Source: a virus (taxonomy: Duplodnaviria; Caudoviricetes). Taken from it: a DNA stretch of 64,000 nucleotides. A program made the position numbers and the translations under genes. How positions within the stretch are numbered: the stretch's first letter is position 1; each line of letters starts with the position of its first letter. Shown piece by piece: positions 60,890 through 64,000 of the stretch. The stretch lies in IMG/VR virus record IMGVR_UViG_3300032007_000037, positions 1 to 64,000 of that record, one strand, 5' to 3'. A model generated the notes under the pieces. That model had not been told where the DNA came from. It saw only the letters and a list, made by a program, of their open reading frames with translations, and ran no database searches.

Positions 60890-62950
60890 TTAAAATGTTA
60901 CTGCAATTGAATCATTGGGATCATACCCTGTAACGAGTCTATTACCAAATACTTTATAGGTCATACCATTAACCTGAATGTCATCATGGGGACAAGTGCT
61001 ATCATTTACAACGTCCAATACTTGTTGAATGCCTCCAGATGTAAAGGTTATCTGTGCAGGTGCTTTGCCTTCTTGATATAATAGATAGAAGATATTGTTA
61101 TCACCAAACGTTCTTGTATAAGTAGGATTGCTTGAAATACTATAATGTGTGGCACCTTCTATCAAGTCTGCATTAGACAATCCTCTGAACTGAGATTTAG
61201 TGCCATTTGTCCAACCTACATAATAATCAGATACTCCACTTTCAGCAAAGATTGCATAGTATGTAAGGTTCCTTCTACCTATTCTACTATTTAATGTTAT
61301 ACCATTCTTAGCATTTGGGTCAGTATTCCAACCTACGAAGTTATACCCTTTTTTGATAGGTTTGCTGGGTATTTCAATAGGGGTGCTGGTAGGCCCAGTA
61401 ACTGAATAAACTTCTACATCATCAACAATAAATTTTACTGTGTACTCTATAGCAGGTTGTGGAACAGCTTGCCAAACAGCTACCAAGAGATAATCTTCTT
61501 GTACATTTTCGATAATATCATTTGGATATAAATATCTACCACTACCTAATGTACCAATAGACCATTTTACAAATTCATTTTTTTCTCTAGTAAAACTGCA
61601 AACAGGAACTACAAAGTTCTGACCTGCTTCAACTGATACAGAAGTCATTGTCCCATCACCTCCGTTACTATCAAAGGTTATTGTATAAGAATGCTTTGCA
61701 ATAGCCCTATATGTAAGGGTTAGAGGCTCTGATACTACAGGATGTCCTTCTACATAAGAAGAAATAACTGTAATTGTTACATCTTTATCCTCAAGTATAT
61801 TAGGTGCAGTAACAGTTACCCGATTAAGTGAACCACTAGAAGTAGAAGGATTTACACTACCGTCTGTTACCCTGATAAGACAACTCGCATACCTAGATAC
61901 ATCAGCAGTTGTTCCATCGGTATAATGGGCAATTACATGAGGTTTTGTAAGTGTAGCTTCCTCCCCACCATAGATTTCACTTTGAATGGAGCCTCCTTCA
62001 AGAGTAATTGAAGTAATATCTTTATTCATAATCCAATCAGGTGTTGCAATTACATTTTCAGTAACCAGATACCTACTTGCTTGAAGATACTTAACATTAT
62101 TTATAATCCAGTTGGGCTCAAGTCTATATCCATCTTTTGAGCCAGCGTATATAGGAAGATTTACATACTCCCCTTGCATACAGCTTACTGAAGTAACATA
62201 TCCTGAACCACCATTTAAGTCAAAGGAAACAGTACAAACAGGTTTCCAGACGGCATATAATACAATGTTTGTATCAATATTCTCTATGGCCTCCCCTTCA
62301 GCATATGTCTCACTGGATGTAGGAGAATTTACCGCCCACTTAAAGAAACCATAACTATCATACCTAAAACTACAAGAAGGTACAATATACTCAGAACCAG
62401 TAATCACAACAGTTGGCATATAGCCAGTACCTCCGTTAGAATTGAAGGTTATAGTATATTTAGGATCGAAAGGCGAAGGATCATCTTTATGGAACTCTTC
62501 AAGTCTTTCAATTCTACTTTCAATACTTTCCATTTCAGCTTCTATTGAGGAAATATGTTCATTGGCTGTTGTAATTAAAGCACGAACTGTCTCAATACTA
62601 CTTGTTAAAGTATTAATCTTTGAAGTAAGTATTGTGTTGTTTGTGTTTATTGTGGCCATTAAGTTAGAAACTTTCTTGGCTACAGCTCTTTCAGAAGGAT
62701 ACTTTATATCATCTGCGTATATATCACCAGTTTCTGTTTGATTGTACTCTCTGATGTTTGGTGTTTTATTTACCTCATATTCAAAACCCAATTCTCCAAC
62801 GTCAATACCCTTTCCACTGATAATAGCATTCTTAACTTTAGAATCAAGTTTATCCCAAGTAACAGAACTGTCCTTTAATATAAAGGCCATCTTCTGTTTT
62901 GGTTTGCCCTTTAAAGGAGATTCTCCAAGATATTTTTCCTTTGCTGCCAT
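60890..62950 (-). CDS. Coiled-coil plus Listeria-Bacteroides (InlB B/Flg_new) repeat protein, putative adhesin/fibre
   Basis: Four repeats of the YTITF.SNGG.G...F..W...LYA.W type. Confidence 0.75.
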   Translation of the reverse strand: MAAKEKYLGESPLKGKPKQKMAFILKDSSVTWDKLDSKVKNAIISGKGIDVGELGFEYEVNKTPNIREYNQTETGDIYADDIKYPSERAVAKKVSNLMATINTNNTILTSKINTLTSSIETVRALITTANEHISSIEAEMESIESRIERLEEFHKDDPSPFDPKYTITFNSNGGTGYMPTVVITGSEYIVPSCSFRYDSYGFFKWAVNSPTSSETYAEGEAIENIDTNIVLYAVWKPVCTVSFDLNGGSGYVTSVSCMQGEYVNLPIYAGSKDGYRLEPNWIINNVKYLQASRYLVTENVIATPDWIMNKDITSITLEGGSIQSEIYGGEEATLTKPHVIAHYTDGTTADVSRYASCLIRVTDGSVNPSTSSGSLNRVTVTAPNILEDKDVTITVISSYVEGHPVVSEPLTLTYRAIAKHSYTITFDSNGGDGTMTSVSVEAGQNFVVPVCSFTREKNEFVKWSIGTLGSGRYLYPNDIIENVQEDYLLVAVWQAVPQPAIEYTVKFIVDDVEVYSVTGPTSTPIEIPSKPIKKGYNFVGWNTDPNAKNGITLNSRIGRRNLTYYAIFAESGVSDYYVGWTNGTKSQFRGLSNADLIEGATHYSISSNPTYTRTFGDNNIFYLLYQEGKAPAQITFTSGGIQQVLDVVNDSTCPHDDIQVNGMTYKVFGNRLVTGYDPNDSIAVTF

Positions 62951-62951
62951 A

Positions 62952-63341
62952 CTAATCCTCCTCTACAATAATTTGAACATCAGACTGAGGATTACTGGCA
63001 ATTTCATCAATATCGTGTATGACCTTGACTACTTCAGTATCTTCAATCTTTTTAACTCTGTGAGCTAATTCCGTAATCTCACCACAATGTAATTTTCCCA
63101 TCTTTAAATAATCAGGATAAGACATTAAACATTCCGTACCATAGAAACAGTCTAAAACCTGTTCTATCAAGCGATAATCATCCTTAGTAAGAATGCCTCT
63201 ATAGTCATTCATTACAAAGTCTCTATAAAAGCTGTATACCAAAAGTTTGTTTGGTATCGCACCCTTTAGATATCCTGTTACTTCCAGTATATCGTAATAG
63301 GACTTAAGCATATTATAAAGGATATTATCCATGACAACCAC
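62952..63341 (-). CDS. Putative tail hub protein B
   Basis: 129 aa, YYDILEVTGY; paired with the upstream ~200-aa gene. Confidence 0.45.
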   Translation of the reverse strand: MVVMDNILYNMLKSYYDILEVTGYLKGAIPNKLLVYSFYRDFVMNDYRGILTKDDYRLIEQVLDCFYGTECLMSYPDYLKMGKLHCGEITELAHRVKKIEDTEVVKVIHDIDEIASNPQSDVQIIVEED

Positions 63342-63921
63342 AACGTTTTACATTAAACTCTTTCTTGTTTGCAAAGAGCATATTATAGAATCTGATTGCA
63401 GAGTTCCAATGCTCTGTTATAATAGATGCTTTGAAAGCATTCCACAATAAAATGAAATCAACAAAGTCTCTTGAAGGCTCTACACATCCCTTAGCCAGTT
63501 CCTTGGTATAGCCCATCACCTTTTGGTATAAAAGAGTGTCATCAAAAACAGCAGAGATTGTAGTAAGACTATCAAGTTCACAAGGAATACAACTATAACA
63601 AGGGTCTAATTCACCATCGCGTTTACAAACAAATAGGACAAAGAATAAATCCTTTGAGAAATTATTTGGGGCGGTAGGAGTAAACCCTTGGTCATTTGGG
63701 TTTAAAGCCAAATGTGCCTCAGTCTGATTGCCTTCAAAGACTTTTTTATATATATAATCCTCTTCAAATAGCTCAGAAGCAATTTCTGAGATATTATCAG
63801 CAGTCTTTATGATGATTTTATCAAGGTAGAAATTCTTGAATGCATCTGCCTTGTTTACATGTACATCTATAAGAAGCTGATTTCCATTATCTGAAACTCT
63901 AAGTTGATCAACAATTATCAT
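63325..63921 (-). CDS. Putative tail hub protein A
   Basis: Ends CGCHG; ATG downstream of the promoter at 63944. Confidence 0.45.
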   Translation of the reverse strand: MIIVDQLRVSDNGNQLLIDVHVNKADAFKNFYLDKIIIKTADNISEIASELFEEDYIYKKVFEGNQTEAHLALNPNDQGFTPTAPNNFSKDLFFVLFVCKRDGELDPCYSCIPCELDSLTTISAVFDDTLLYQKVMGYTKELAKGCVEPSRDFVDFILLWNAFKASIITEHWNSAIRFYNMLFANKKEFNVKRCGCHG

Positions 63922-64000
63922 GATATTTTGCAATTATCTTGCGCAAATTTAAATATAAGATGTATGTATTATCGGGAGATAAACAGATGGCTTAAAGGTA

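Noticed and set aside
1-64000. Stop-codon reassignment (TAG or TGA), known in some crAss-like phages
   Set aside because: Core genes are intact in the standard code, and the three paralogues at 26290, 26761 and 27813 end at the same aligned position with TAA, TGA and TAG

Overview
64 kb fragment of a crAss-like (Crassvirales) Bacteroidales phage using the standard genetic code. It has three blocks. (1) 1-23600, mostly minus strand: head/tail morphogenesis genes (tail stabilisation/muzzle, ring proteins, auxiliary capsid, major capsid, scaffold, terminase large subunit), lysis genes, and a RepL-like gene with 22-bp iterons. (2) 23900-49919, plus strand: early/accessory genes with many small paralogous ORFs, two HNH homing endonucleases, a PurA fragment and an RNA-rich zone (31.0-32.6, 34.9-35.6, 36.5-37.0, 39.6-39.7 kb). 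(3) 49916-64000, minus strand: fibre genes and a complete diversity-generating retroelement (target-VR, hairpin, Avd, TR, RT; 16 of 16 TR/VR mismatches at TR adenines). The most unusual element is a 262-aa gene directly followed by a ~280-nt nested RNA containing a circularly permuted tRNA-like domain and YTTAGC hexamer repeats. Also notable: tRNA scaffolds whose anticodon loop is replaced by larger domains (one is a group I intron-like core with apparently rearranged elements), and intergenic modules complementary to start-codon regions that end in GUGA-loop hairpins. Protein calls rest on motif recognition and synteny only; no searches or folding programs were run.
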